Source of the DNA: Owenia fusiformis
Lineage: Eukaryota
Length of the DNA stretch: 64,000 nt
Assembly: GCA_903813345.2 (NCBI GenBank)
Contig: CAIIXF020000001.1
Span: forward strand, 12,524,001 to 12,588,000
Direction of reading: 5' to 3'
In this document: positions 14,476 through 28,659 of the stretch, in pieces
Position numbering within the stretch: position 1 is the first letter of the stretch
Layout of the letters: the number at the start of each line of letters is the position of its first letter
Notes under the pieces: generated by a model
Database searches by the model: none
Told to the model about the DNA's origin: nothing
What the model saw: the letters and a program-made list of their open reading frames with translations, nothing else
Made by a program: the position numbers and the translations under genes

Positions 14476-15300
14476 TACTAGGAAAATGCCAAGGAGAAAG
14501 TGGTTTCCAGTGTTAGCTTAAATCTCCATCTATTTCCATTAGTAATAGGCAATTATTTTCCTGATAATCTGAGACTTCTGTTGATGGAATATTGACATTG
14601 GCTTCATTATAATACTGCCTAGATTGGCTTTTAATGCCATGTGGGGGCGTGCCTGGCTGGTCTGATTGTACTCAATGGAGGATGTCTTGTATATTCTGAG
14701 AAATGGTAATGTGTGGGTCTATTACATGTTAATTATGATATCTCATTTTATTAAAGTACAAATGGGTGGCATTACACTTCATATTTTAGGTATATAATAT
14801 GATATATTTTTAAACTGATTAATGATTTTTATTTTAACTTATGATAAATGTATGAACTAGTTCAATGGTTGACATGTCATGTTGATGCATGAAAGATATT
14901 TCATTAAAGTCGATTATTACATGTTGTTGATAAATGTCAAACATATATTTTATAAGCTAACGGGAACTATTGATTATATTCATCATATCTTATGTTTCAT
15001 AATTGCAATTATATGAAACAATTACTTGAAGCTATGCTGTTGTTTCCTTCTTCAAAAAAAATTATTGAAAAATCATTTAGTAAAGCTTTTGTATTTGATA
15101 AATATAAAAGTGATAAATCGTTAATAATATTTCAAGCGCAGTTTACTTAACATCATTCAAACATTTCTCTGACAGTAATAAAATGTATGCTGCACTATTG
15201 GCGAGTATAATATGAAGTGGTTAGTAGGTTAGTTGAATGTAAAGAGTAGATGATAGAGATGAGTCATAGGTGCCTGATATCATGGTATTTGTGGTTGCAG

Positions 15301-15423
15301 AACTGAGGAAACAAGGGCCGACTACCGTTATGCTGAGAGAGATCGAGAGTTTGATCGAAGCAAGTCAAGAAAAACTACCCCAAGTCGAAGCAGCGCCGCG
15401 TCTCATGAGCCAACTTTCAATCG
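15301..15423 (+). CDS. SPEN: SPEN coding exon 3 (R/D/S-rich region)
   Basis: Acceptor ttgcAG, donor CG|GTAAGT; phase 2-2, in frame with exon 2; encodes GTEETRADYRYAERDREFDRSKSRKTTPSRSSAASHEPTFN(R). Confidence 0.8.
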
Positions 15424-15914
15424 GTAAGTTTTAATCGTGTTATGTATTACAAGGTACCAGACCTGAAGTTGTAATTTAAGAGTCTTAATTTTGAGAATAC
15501 CAGAAATTCTACCTAGACTACTTGATACTACATACTTAAGTTGCCATTGGATATAGGTGAGATTTCATTTGAGGTATTCTTGAGATTAGAATTGTAGAAT
15601 TACATTCTTAATATGGAAATGTTTTATGGTTCCCATGTATACAGTACATTATATAAAGGTACCTGATCAGATGATGTGGATTCTGTCCCTAATGACCCTA
15701 GCTCCTCCCTCCATTGCATGATGATGTCTGAAAATGTTTTTTTTTATTTGGTATTATAAGGAAGGAGATTACATGTTTTATTGTTGGCTTGTAAAGTATG
15801 GGATCACGTAGAATGCATGATATTGTATTTAGAGTATCATTGCATGTCAAGACACAAAGAGGGGGTTTGTCTTTACTCTGAACTATGCTGTACATCTCTT
15901 TTCTTGTACATGTA

Positions 15915-16414
15915 NNNNNNNNNNNNNNNNNNNNNNNNNNNNNNNNNNNNNNNNNNNNNNNNNNNNNNNNNNNNNNNNNNNNNNNNNNNNNNNNNNNNNN
16001 NNNNNNNNNNNNNNNNNNNNNNNNNNNNNNNNNNNNNNNNNNNNNNNNNNNNNNNNNNNNNNNNNNNNNNNNNNNNNNNNNNNNNNNNNNNNNNNNNNNN
16101 NNNNNNNNNNNNNNNNNNNNNNNNNNNNNNNNNNNNNNNNNNNNNNNNNNNNNNNNNNNNNNNNNNNNNNNNNNNNNNNNNNNNNNNNNNNNNNNNNNNN
16201 NNNNNNNNNNNNNNNNNNNNNNNNNNNNNNNNNNNNNNNNNNNNNNNNNNNNNNNNNNNNNNNNNNNNNNNNNNNNNNNNNNNNNNNNNNNNNNNNNNNN
16301 NNNNNNNNNNNNNNNNNNNNNNNNNNNNNNNNNNNNNNNNNNNNNNNNNNNNNNNNNNNNNNNNNNNNNNNNNNNNNNNNNNNNNNNNNNNNNNNNNNNN
16401 NNNNNNNNNNNNNN
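15915..16414. other. Assembly gap (500 N)
   Basis: Run of exactly 500 N, a fixed-size scaffolding gap. Confidence 1.
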
Positions 16415-16460
16415 TCACATTTGGATGATTGTAAAGTATAATGCAACATTATAACATTAG

Positions 16461-16640
16461 GTTGTGTATGGAGTGGATGGGGTCCTTGGCAAAATGGAAA
16501 ATGCTCAACAATATGCGGCCCTGGAAAGAAGTACAAAACTAGAGTACGAAGGAAACTCACGGTTCCGAGAGGTCCACCGACATGCACCGGTGAATCCAGT
16601 GAGACTGAATCCTTGATCTGTGATCAGCCACCTTGTTTCG
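16461..16640 (+). CDS. Thrombospondin type-1 repeat (TSP1) exon of an unidentified gene
   Basis: 180-bp phase 1-1 exon (ttAG / G|GTAAGG) encoding CVWSGWGPWQNGKCSTICGPGKKYKTRVRRKLTVPRGPPTCTGESSETESLICDQPPCF: WxxWxxW, CSxxCGxG, RxR and terminal C..C motifs of TSP1. Not in the supplied ORF track. Confidence 0.85.
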
Positions 16641-17536
16641 GTAAGGAAGACCTGTTAAAGTAAAGTCTTAATTTCAGTCTTTCATCATTGTCTGTTCAAT
16701 ATAGCAATAACCTCATTTCGAAGGGCAGCATAGTGATAGGGTCTAATTTTAATTCAAAGGTTACCCTCCAAAGGACGAGTGGCTTTAAGACCCTATATTA
16801 GCCCCCAAGATATTTAGAAAAAATTGTACAGGATATCAAAGAAGAGACTTTGTTTGATAACCAGATCCAAAAATTAGGTCATTCTGACATTTATATTTCA
16901 AAATATAGGTCATTCTATTAACGCGTATAAAATGACCTTTTCAAGGAAAAATCACTTTTTTCACATCATTATTGTCAATGTTTCTATTTATTATCAAAGT
17001 AATCATTATTTTCAGTCATTAAAGACTTTTTAATTGATCCTGTTGCTTTTATCTTACATAATAGTGACAAAGCATATTGGGCAACATTCGAAAACATAAA
17101 ATATAACAAGTCAAAAATACAAACAAAATATTGAATAGTGATCTTCTTTAGACTTCATTTAGAACAATTGTCTTACAAAAAAAGTTTGCGAAACTATGTC
17201 AGAAAAGAATATTGAGTTTTTTTAATTTACATCACAATGAGAAAGAACAAGGGGCAACATTTAAAAACACATGAAGTAATTAACAAGTCAAAAATGCATA
17301 TCAATCAATTATATATTGATCTGCTTCTTTGAGATAATTTGCACATATGCAGTTTGTGGCAGTAAAATACTGAATTTATTATTTCACATCACAGTGAGGA
17401 AGCACAGAGAGCAACATTTGAAAACACATGGACTTTACATAACTGTTGATTCATGTGTTTGTTCGTTTTAATGAGAGATTTTCTGAGCTATCATCATCTT
17501 CTTCAGATGACAACATTTCATACATATCTTTTGATT

Positions 17537-17770
17537 TTAAAATGTCAAACTTCGTGCATTTCTTTTTGCTTTTATACCCATTGTGCCTACAACCCTACTC
17601 GCAACAAGGCATATGCAACACCATCCAGTGATTGCATCAATACTATTACATACATCTGAATCTGGGTTATACTCCACCCATGTATAATGAGATTTAGAGG
17701 ACACAAACCGATTACTGGACTTAATTAGGCCATATGTATCTTTTTTGAACAATGATGGTATATTTTCCAT
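17537..17770 (-). pseudogene. Degraded transposase-like remnant (SWIM-type C-terminus, ISL2EU/Harbinger-like)
   Basis: ORF fragment ...SNRFVSSKSHYTWVEY...ITGWCCICLVASRVVG resembles the 'SRH..SK.Y..WI.Y...GWYC.C..G.R.VG' SWIM segment of ISL2EU/PIF-Harbinger-related proteins; flanks are full of stops. Confidence 0.4.
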
Positions 17771-19414
17771 CTACTTGAAGATGGTCATCTGTGTATCGTT
17801 TAAATTGGTTGGCTTGATCTCAAGAGTGTCTACTATGATTTAGATGTAACCCTCTTGTCTCCATACAGGGGGTACTGGGAGATTGCAGTTCACTCATGCA
17901 GTTCCCTTTCCTTTGTGCATTTTATTAGCAAATGTCGTTTTTCCGCCTACTGATTGTGACTTACAATATATTTCTTCTGTACAATAAAGTTGAGCTGGAT
18001 TTCTAAATATGAACATTGGTATGATCAGCCAGTGAGCTGTGATAATATAAATAAAAATAAAAAATCATTCATACAAAAAACATCAAGATAAAATGATTGT
18101 ACAACAATCATCTCATATGAATGTATTGAAAGGAATTGCATGTTATTATGTTGCTTAGAGCCATGGTAAAGATATATGCTTCTCAAAAGGTCATGCTCCT
18201 GTGCAAGCATACATATTATTTTATGAAAAGATCATATGAATAAAGAAAATATACTCAAATGTATAAAACACAACTGTCACAATCATTCTAAGGATTTTCA
18301 AAATGGCTGACATCATTTTATTTCATGCTGAAAATTGCAGAAAAGTTCCATTTTTGCACAACGCTTGGTCCTTACCTAGATTTTTACATATCTCAATTCA
18401 TATAACTTTCTAGGTAAGAACCAAGCGTTATATGAACAAAGCAAGAGTTCATCATGACCTTCCTCTATCTAAAAAGAAGTAGGTCAACACAATTACAAAC
18501 ATAACTAATCCCTCCTCAATGACTATTGAAATATGACTATTTATATGTACAAAATATTAATCCAATGAGTGTATAGAGTGACACAATCAAACAATGGGAC
18601 ATCTGCCAAGTTGGGTTTATACATTCTGGAGACATTTTCTGAGACTGATAAAAAAAATCACATTTTCACAGGAAGTGATACATACCTCCCAAATCAACCA
18701 AAATATAATTATATCAGTAATCTTGAATGCCTTTTATTGCTATTTCTTGAAAATATACATATTGATCTACAAATTGATCCTACATATCAAGGATATTAAC
18801 GACATTGCATTTTTCAAAAAATGTTAAGTGACCCCAGGGGTGTCTATAGCCATTCGTTCTTTTCATCGTATACAGGGCGTTCAATAAGTATTGCTAATTT
18901 TGTTATAACTTTTGTAATGTTGCATATTTCTCCATGAAACTTTTACAACATAAGCAACACATATCTGACCTTATTCTATCCAAATCTCTGAACAACCGAC
19001 TTAGAATTGACAAAGTTATGGTTACTAGGGTAACCATTGTCACGGATACGCGGGGCAATCTTAAGGGTTTACATAATGAATTATTGTTATACATCAAATA
19101 AACACTTTGATGAATAAAAACTGTTGATATGGTCAAATCTTGATGTTGTCAGTTTGAATTATATGTATTATCTAACAGCGGTGAAAAGAGATTTGAGAGG
19201 AATATTGCACTAGAGTCTAGAATCTCAATCAGCGGATGTCTGCAGTGAACACTGCACATCCCTAGCCACACCTCAACGTCCTCGAAGAGCAATATCAACA
19301 TATACGGTCCACCAGGATAACGCCCCTGCTCACAGATCCTCTACTCTCCTATATAAATACAATAACAGAGCTTAGCGTGGAAGCATTGCCCCACGTAGCA
19401 TATTTTTTAGATAA

Positions 19415-19914
19415 NNNNNNNNNNNNNNNNNNNNNNNNNNNNNNNNNNNNNNNNNNNNNNNNNNNNNNNNNNNNNNNNNNNNNNNNNNNNNNNNNNNNNN
19501 NNNNNNNNNNNNNNNNNNNNNNNNNNNNNNNNNNNNNNNNNNNNNNNNNNNNNNNNNNNNNNNNNNNNNNNNNNNNNNNNNNNNNNNNNNNNNNNNNNNN
19601 NNNNNNNNNNNNNNNNNNNNNNNNNNNNNNNNNNNNNNNNNNNNNNNNNNNNNNNNNNNNNNNNNNNNNNNNNNNNNNNNNNNNNNNNNNNNNNNNNNNN
19701 NNNNNNNNNNNNNNNNNNNNNNNNNNNNNNNNNNNNNNNNNNNNNNNNNNNNNNNNNNNNNNNNNNNNNNNNNNNNNNNNNNNNNNNNNNNNNNNNNNNN
19801 NNNNNNNNNNNNNNNNNNNNNNNNNNNNNNNNNNNNNNNNNNNNNNNNNNNNNNNNNNNNNNNNNNNNNNNNNNNNNNNNNNNNNNNNNNNNNNNNNNNN
19901 NNNNNNNNNNNNNN
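19415..19914. other. Assembly gap (500 N)
   Basis: Run of exactly 500 N. Confidence 1.
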
Positions 19915-21553
19915 AGTTAATTTTTCATTTAAGTTACCCGTAACTAGCTTAATATCTACTTTTTCGTGCCAAATTTGAAAAAGATGATATCTTGGATTGT
20001 TATGAAGCTCACCAAAGTTTTTAGAGATGTTTAGTAAATTTTCAAAAATCTTGGGAACTTCGAAACATTCCAAGATATAATTGATTTCAAATTTGACACC
20101 AATAGAGGATATTAAGCCATTTATGGGTAATTTGCATTCCAAAATAACCACTATACCGCACCAGTCGAGCTGTTTTATTAGACAAGTCATTATTTTGCTG
20201 CGTATACCAAGGGTGTTTATGGATGTAGAAATATCATATGGCACATGTTAAAAGTGGATTCATTTTCAGTGAATTCTCAACATGTGCTCATGGGCTATTT
20301 TTATATCAACTCAGTCTGATGCATATCTCCAAAATCACTTGTGCCAACATTCACATGGGCCAATTGCTAATTATTAAACATTTTGGGGCTATGGATGAGA
20401 CTGAACTATGAATGTGTAAGTGTATACACGAAAAACGTTGTGCCACTTAACTTTTTGCAGTCCGTATGTACAGTTTGCTTGTATGTAAAGATCAGAACTA
20501 ATATATAGAAAAACAGTGTATATATTGTAAATATAGACACCTGGGTTTAGATGTCAAAACTAAACTAATGTGAAGTATTTCACAAGAACTTTATTTTAAA
20601 TTGTACTCATGTAGAATCATACATACATACATACATCATTGACTTTGGCTTACTGTTTATTTGCTTTTGATTTCTTCTTGAATTTCATTTCATAACTGGG
20701 TTTGGTGTTTTGGATTATTAATTTTAAATTGGGCCATACAGGACCAATAGAACTATCTGTACTTTAAAACTAGAATTTTATACTTCAATTTTTGAATTTT
20801 AAGAGCCAATTCCTAGGTGTAGTTTGTCTAATTTTGCTCAATGTTCTTGATTAAAGCGAGTAGAATCAAGCTGTGTAAATGTATATGTAATCAGGTATTA
20901 CGTAGTCTATTTTTGAGAAGGCATGGATTTGTATGTAAAATAGAGCTGTAAATATTGTAAGTCTTGTAATAAAGACTTGTAACATAAGGGAAATAAAAGA
21001 CAACACTGTGTATAAAAATTAATTTCATATTTTGTGTTCTTTTTGTGAAGTGAGATTCTGGAATAAATTGACCACTAAAGTACTTGGGACTATTTTCTCA
21101 GCTGCAGTATATTGAGATAAAACCTTACACCAAGGTACTTCTATTCTAGTGGTAGTTTCATTATAAAAACTCCAGCTCAAAACCAATAAAAGCTCTTTGC
21201 CAATTGTCATGCTGTCCAGCATATGGTTTCTACATACCAGAGAAATGTTTTTTTTCAGTGCTTTGTCCCTTACCTTTTGTACCTTTTCCTACCTAAAATA
21301 TGAAGGAATTATGGAGTATGGCTAATAAGATGCTATGTTCATATTACTTTAATCACTTGATACTTCCCACACACCAACTTAACTTTACTTATCAAAATCG
21401 CTCAATACACTCTTGATTTATCAGTCATGCCTGCCCCAAAAATGATATATTCCAGAGGGTGTGAATTAATATTCATTTATTTTCAGTGTAGTACAATACT
21501 CCTATTGACAGTTTCCTAGTTTATGTAGAACAGCTGTTTTCAAAATCAATTAT

Positions 21554-22800
21554 AACCAGAACAACGGCAACGCCAAAGCATAGCGAATCCCATCGAACAG
21601 AAATGGCTGGCATTTTTACAAACGAATAGCAAATATCATAAAACAACACACATAAGAAAGGCCACCATTTTCAAAATGGTTGCTCACTAGCCAAGTTGTC
21701 ATCAGAAGAAATAATATGCTTTCAGTAGCCACCTCTAAAATTTTTGAAAAATCGCACACGTACTTGTAAAATAACACACATAAAAATGGTGGCCATTTTT
21801 CAAAATCGCCGACTACTCCCCAAAGTTTTATTAGAAAATTTGCCATTCTTAAAGTATTCACATATCAAATATGAACAAAATCGCTCCACTACTTTTTGAG
21901 TTATAGTAAAATACGTTAAAATGGCGGCCATTTTTCAAAATGGCCACCTTCTACCAAAAGTGTCATTAGAAATAGACAGTGTGCCATGCTTATAGTATTC
22001 ACATACCAAATATGAACAAAATTGCTCCACTACTTTTCGATAATAATAGTAAAATACGTTAAAATGGCGGTCATTTTTCAAATTTTTTTTCAAAATGGCC
22101 GCCTTCTACCAAAAGTGTCATAGGACAGTGTGCCATGCTTATAGTATTCACATACCAAATATTAATGCCTTCTACCAAAAGTGTCATAGGGCAGTGTGCC
22201 GTGCTTATAGTATTCACATACCAAATATGAAAAATTGCTCCACTACTTTTCGAGTTATAGTAAAATACGTTAAAATGGCGGCCATTTTTCAAAATGGCCG
22301 CCTTCTACCAAAAGTGTCTCAAGACAGTGTACAATGCTTATAGTATTCACATACCAAATATGAACAAAATCGCTCCACTATTTTTTGAGTTATAGCAAAA
22401 ATCGTAAAATGACGAGTAAAGGCCACCGTTTTTCAAGATGGCTGCCATGTGCTTCTTTAATATCTACATTTGTAGCATTATTAATGTCCTTTATAACTTT
22501 TTACATTTAAAACATATTGCTATAACAGTTTTACATATTGCACCTAAATTACTGTAAAATCCGCACTAAAATGGCTGCCATTTTGAAATGAGCGGCCATT
22601 TTGAAAATCGGCTCTCGAGCAGAACTTCTACCCCCATAAGGTATATGTGTACAAAATATGAACAAAATCGGGCCAACGGTACTTGAGTCATTGCCCGGAC
22701 GGACGGACGTACGTACGGGCAGACGTACGTACGGATGTACGTACGGACGGACGGAGGCGTTCCCTATATCCCTCCGAACTTCGTTCGATGGGATAATAAA
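21554..22800 (+). mobile_element. Non-autonomous Helentron-associated (HINE-like) element with internal tandem repeats
   Basis: Internal ~130-150 bp repeats containing aaaatggcggccattttt and tagtattcacataccaaatatgaacaaaat; GGAC/GTAC microsatellite at ~22697-22755; short 3' stem-loop (atccc...gggata) and A tail; no ORF. Confidence 0.65.
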
Positions 22801-24199
22801 AACATTGGAGTGTCAATCAGTTTTACTCCACTTGCTATTCTTTGATAATGCCAAATAGAAATATTACGAATTGGAAAGTTACAACTAGATTTCTGACATC
22901 ATAAAGCTTGTATACCTAGGCTGTGGTAATCATGGTGGTATTGTTCAGATCACCAAGGTTTATTCACTCTACTATACCTAACCCCTAGAAATGCATAAGA
23001 TACTCTGTTTGTCCAATTGTATTGTTTAGTATAATTTTGAAAGTACCTTATTAACATCTAACATCATCCGATAAACCATTCATAAGGAACAGACACATAA
23101 AAACAAATAACATAATCATTACTAATAAGCCAAAAAGGGTTGCTCATGAACACCAAATGCAAGGTATAGCAGTGTTATTGTATCATATGGATTTAGTTTC
23201 TATTTTTAATTTTATTTATAAGTTGCTCATTGTGTTTTTAAGCTCTATGGTGGCTGTAGTGGCTGTATGGCAGCTGTAGCTTCACAAAATTGATTTAGAA
23301 AATCTACATCATACTGCTTATTCCTATATTTTATGCATATTTTCCAATTTTGAAAGGTACAGCTGATATAGGGTTGCCGTTGATCAAATGTGACTGAGGC
23401 ATTAATGATGATTTGGCAAATCTATTCATAAATCTAAGTCTAACATACATGTTCATCTGCAATAATGGTATATAATATGCATGGCTTTGTAGAGTTAACC
23501 TTAAATGCATTGAATGACTAGCTTTAATCCCAATGACCTAATTTCATTTTACATATGTTCATAATTCAATTGATTAATTCCATATTTTTCAAACTTTTAT
23601 GGGGAATAGGGACTTCTGGGTAGGGCCAGTTCCTTTGTAAAGGATATTGATTTAAAGATTCTAGTTTGCCTGAACAACAGTATACTAGATATACTCGTTC
23701 ATGTAGTAAATTAATTTTAGTTCTAGGTAATAAAAGATAAATAAATTGGTGGGAAAGGATGGCTGTCAGAAAAAATTGGATATACAGTACTTCGATATTC
23801 ATATTCATTTTAAGCCATGGGCATAACTGTAATTTTGAACAACTGGAGTAAAATATATCTGCGTGGATTTCATGAATAACATACCAACATGTTTTTACAA
23901 ATATCCTGAGTTTTTCTGTACGAAGCTTTTATATATCTCTAAAATATGCCCTTTCAAAGATAAAGACGATTGCAAAATGGGATCTACTGAAAGGATTTCT
24001 AATCTACCCCATTAAGACTATATGAAAGGCTGTTAGTCACCAATTCATAATCAACAAAATATTGAATTATTTTCACATATTCATTTATTTGCAAAATATT
24101 CGACCTGATCTACTGTGGAGATACTTATAAAAGGGTAACTCCTCTACAGCAAATACTACTTATTGATACATAATAGTTGTGTCATATAATAAAACCTAT

Positions 24200-24625
24200 T
24201 ATTATATCACTATCTAGCTAGCGACAGTATGATTGGTCAAAACCGGGTCACATATCGTGGGATATCTGGCGATATTCAATGGCAATGCTAATCAGATAAG
24301 ACAACCGTGAGATATCTAGCGATATCCCACGCTCCCGGGAATTTTCAAAGAATTTGTTTTCGTTCAGTGTAAATAATTTAGTTCAGTGTAAGTCAAAATG
24401 GCAGACGAACCGAGTAGATTCAATGTATTTCAATGTTAACCTATGACTTAATAATATTAGGGATGTTTAGCTAGACAGTGATATAATAAAACAAATATTT
24501 CACTCTATTTTCGGTGAATACCTGTAGCACTTTCACAAGGTGATATTCCACTTGCCCTTCGGGCTTCGTGGAATATCACTTGTGAAAGATGTACAGGTAT
24601 TCACCTCAATAGAGTGAAATATTTG
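24200..24625. mobile_element. Non-autonomous element with an inverted repeat and a ~134-bp terminal hairpin
   Basis: tatatcactatctagcta (~24203) vs tagctagacagtgatata (~24468-24485), then a hairpin at 24492-24625 with apex gcccTTCGggc. Confidence 0.6.
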
Positions 24626-25361
24626 ACCAATATTGCTATGATATTACCAGCTGCTTTTCACTCTGTCCTTTTATAACAAACAAGCATTCTATTCTGATTT
24701 AAAGTTGCAAATGGCTGTCATATCATATACACTTAAAAATAGACTGAATACTCCAGAATTACAATGTCCTTAAAATGGTATATTATAAAGTCAGTTTTGC
24801 TGTAGAGAGGATGCCATTGTACTTGACACCCTGTATATAATAACCATCATACATCTGAATTGCAAGTAACATTACAAAGATATTGTTTCAATAGTGCATA
24901 TATAAGTTATCAAAATGATTCAGAAAAAATGGTATGTATAGTACAATGTTGTGCTCTATTTTCAAACCCTTCAAACACACAAAAATCAAAGCGCCGAGAA
25001 ATCATAATTCTAATGAGGGCATATAAGGCCCTTTACTGCACTTCAAAAACAACCTTCATACAAAACTAGCAATGTACAACAATATTGTGATCATATGTTA
25101 GTATTTGGGCTAAAATGATTGGTAAATTCTCAAACAGAATATTTGGCAGGCTAATCCTTCTTTAATATGAAGTATTCAAAGATGACGTGACACTAAAGAT
25201 GTTTCCATAAGAAGAGTAATTAAATGTTGTTTCGATTGGCAGGGCATATTTTTGCAAGTGACTAAATACTGACTATGGGATATGCAAATGATATATAACT
25301 TCTTTTAATGTTTTGATATATATCTTTAAGCCATTCGTCAACTGCAGAAATTATCAGGGAT

Positions 25362-25482
25362 AGACAAGGCATTAACATGCAAAATGTCACCACCTGACAT
25401 TTGTTACAGACAATAAACACCATCCACAAAAAAGTTGGAGACCATAACAATGTATAACCACTTGTGGTGGTGACATAAAAAA
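25362..25482 (+). repeat. Short interspersed repeat family (representative copy)
   Basis: acaaggcattaacatgcaaaatgtcaccacctg...ccacttgtggtggtgacataaaaa; related copies at ~39396-39545, 41169-41292, 47209-47295, 52690-52800, 63275-63430. Confidence 0.75.
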
Positions 25483-26883
25483 TTATGATAATTGTGCACT
25501 TTATGGTCACTAGATTTGAATGTCAATTTTTTATTCAAATATTACTTCAAACTTATTTGCTACAGAGTGAGTAGACTATTTGTTTCACCCATAGTCTTAA
25601 TCAAGCTTGTCATAGTAAACAATATAAAATATGAGCCCTATGAAATACATTTGAATTTATAAACTATAATTGATGCTTACACAATGAAAACATTTCTCAT
25701 TAAGGCATTACATTACATGGCAAGTAAATATAAATACATTATGCATTATTATTGGATTTTCACCCTGTCTTATACAAGAACAATGCTATTTCAATAAAGT
25801 AAAATACTAAAATTTACTAAGGGATTCAGTGCTCTTATTGAGGTACAATAACAATCACATTGTATTGAGGTATTTTCCCCTATTTGTTGAAAAATCTTTG
25901 GCGACTGCAGTCTCATTGCATGTGTTTACTCATTACATGTTTGCGTCTATTCTGATGCTATTGTCATCTTCAAATCGCTATTATCCATTCATAATCCATG
26001 AATGCAATGAACTGAAAAAATTTATGTTTATATAAATGTATATCTACATGTTTGTCATTAAAATTGCTTTCTGGTGCTTGTATCATTAAGTTCAGTGACT
26101 ATAAAGCTCAATTATTTACACTGTTGAAATAGTACGAGATAGTCACAAGCATTTGCTGACATCTTTTTTATTCAAAGCAGACTTTATGACTTTATGACTT
26201 TGCTGCATTTCAACTGTCACAATGAATATCCATATGTTACTTTAAGTATGAGTGTGCCACTTTAATCAAAAAAAATATCAGTGTGTCACTTCAAGTACCA
26301 GTGTGTCACTTCAGCCATGTCCATCAATGTGTCTTTGTGACTATATAATTACATCTCAACTTACAGCTTTCAAATGTTAAATATTTTTACTGTAATTTTT
26401 TTTATTGTTGGATGTACGTTTGGCCCTAGTAGGGCTCCAGTACAAATAAATCCTATTATAAAACATAATGTACATATCTATGTGTCTCTGTTTCTATAGC
26501 AACCTGGATCTCCATGCAATAACATAATTTGCTCTGAATTAACATGTGATTCCATGTATACACATGTAGCTGCATGTATGAGCATGAAATTGTATATGTT
26601 ATTGTGTAACTCCATCTATTGTCATGAAGCTCCATGAATTAACATGTAGCTCAAAATATCAAAATTATGACTCCATGTATTTATTATTAACATTGTGTCA
26701 TGTGATCATGTATTGACATGTGACTCCATGTATTAACATGTAACACAATACATTTACATAGACACCTGTAATCTATGCATCCATATTCCATTATTGGTCC
26801 ATAATGGAACAGACTGGCCATCCTGTACAACTAAGGGGCTACCTTAAATAAGTGCTGGACCTTCAATCGAGTTGACTTGGAGC

Positions 26884-27065
26884 TCAGACTATCTTGTGCT
26901 CACTGAAAGGACTGTGTGTAGATTCATAGTCTAAATGTACAAAGGCACGTTCTACTTCTGGAAGACGTTCTATCTTGTGTTGTAAAGCTTCGCCAATGTC
27001 ATGTGCCATTCTAAGTCCCATAAACTCTGATAACACAATGTCCACTTCTGCTAAGAAATTATTGC
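26884..27065 (-). CDS. Cation diffusion facilitator (Mn-CDF/MTP-like) last coding exon, C-terminal dimerisation domain
   Basis: Acceptor tttcAG; (G)[59 protein letters not shown], with the MTP8-11-type motifs AHDIGE and [11 protein letters not shown]. Not in the ORF track. Confidence 0.92.
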
Positions 27066-28659
27066 CTGAAAATGTAAATGGGGACTATCAAACAACGATA
27101 ATACAGAGCTGACTTGTAAATGAGAATGATATACCATGTGATTTTACCCATGAGGTTCGAAGAAAAAATGTTATGGTACAAAAATTGTATATAACACTTT
27201 TTAGTCCTGTCCCTAGCCTCTCTGAGCTTACTCGGATTTAGAATGAAATAACTTTTGATTTTCTTTTAGTAGATACCCTGAAGTGTAGGAATCCATAAGT
27301 TATTTTTCCAGGTTTGGGTAAAATCAATTTTTATGGCAGGTTATAGTGGCGCCATCTAGTGATTTTAAAGTTGCAGGGTGATAATCTTAATTAATTTTTT
27401 TTTCAGCCAAACCTAATTTCATATTTATTTTTTTGCTTTTTCCTTAGAGACTACTTCCTAAACTATGCATTTGAATTTTTAGGTGATCCTGGAAGGTTAT
27501 TTGATGGGTCATTTTGCCTCAAAAATACAGAAGCGCCACCTATAATCAAGGGTCTACCTTATAAAGTTTATTATTCTGAGGCTGTTATGGTAGATAAATT
27601 TGTTATTATTGGTGTAATAATTAGAACCATAAAGGGGACATATGATGCAGTATCAAATTAATATATGTGGGACATGGGAACTTTAGAAAAATTTTTTTTT
27701 GTAAAAGTGGAAGAAATTTGACAAAATATCAGTTTTTACATATTACCAAATACATATGCTTTTTTTTATTTCTAAGGTAATCCTTATATGATGTAACAAG
27801 TACAAACAAATACATTTTGATTTTTGAGAATATGAATGAAGTAATTGTAGGGCTGAATTTTGGTTTTGGCCCATTATTATTATTTAATTATTCTGTGTTT
27901 GATATACACCCCTTATTATATCAAAGACTCAACTTCTGGAAATACAACATGGTACTTAATGAATGTATGAAATGCTTTTCCTGAGTTTCTTTGTATTAAT
28001 AGAGTATAACATCTATTAATCATATCATTTCCATAAGTGTGCACTTTTAGAATAAATTATATTTTATTTTACAGGTAATTTTTGCCAGAAACATTTTGTA
28101 TAAAATTAGAGCTTCTCAAAAGATGTTTCTACACTTTTCAAATAAAAAATGATCCTTCAATCTATCCCACCCAAATGGAGTTAGATCTAATTTTATATTA
28201 TATTTATACCATCATAAGTTAATATCAAACTCAAAACTGAAACTCCTGTTAAAAGCCATGGCAGCTAATTTTGGGGTAATTTACATCTTATAAGCATGAA
28301 GGTTGTTTAAAACAGTAATCCTCTATAATTGACTTATTGATTAACCTCTGTTTTTGTATTTAGTATATATTTGAGACTACAGATGAACATGTATTGAATT
28401 GGTGGAAACAAAATTATTAAAATGTGATTAAAGTAAGTAAGCTTAAGGTTTATTTAAGATATAAAGATTCCTCATCTTCGACAAAATAGAAGAATTAAAA
28501 TTATGATCACTTAGAATGATTCAAATTATTTCTAATATAGAATGTAAGTTGGTGTCTAGGAAAATAAAATCTGTGATGCTTCCAAGTACTTAGAAACACT
28601 CGATTTTTGAAAGATTTTTGAACGAAGCAAAACTTTCTTTTACGTGCTATTTTACAATT

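Noticed and set aside
16461-16640. SPEN-TSP1 fusion gene
   Set aside because: Splice phases are incompatible (2 vs 1) and an assembly gap separates them.
15781-20244. Long ORFs in the track spanning 15781-16587 and 19372-20244
   Set aside because: They are open only because they run through N gaps.
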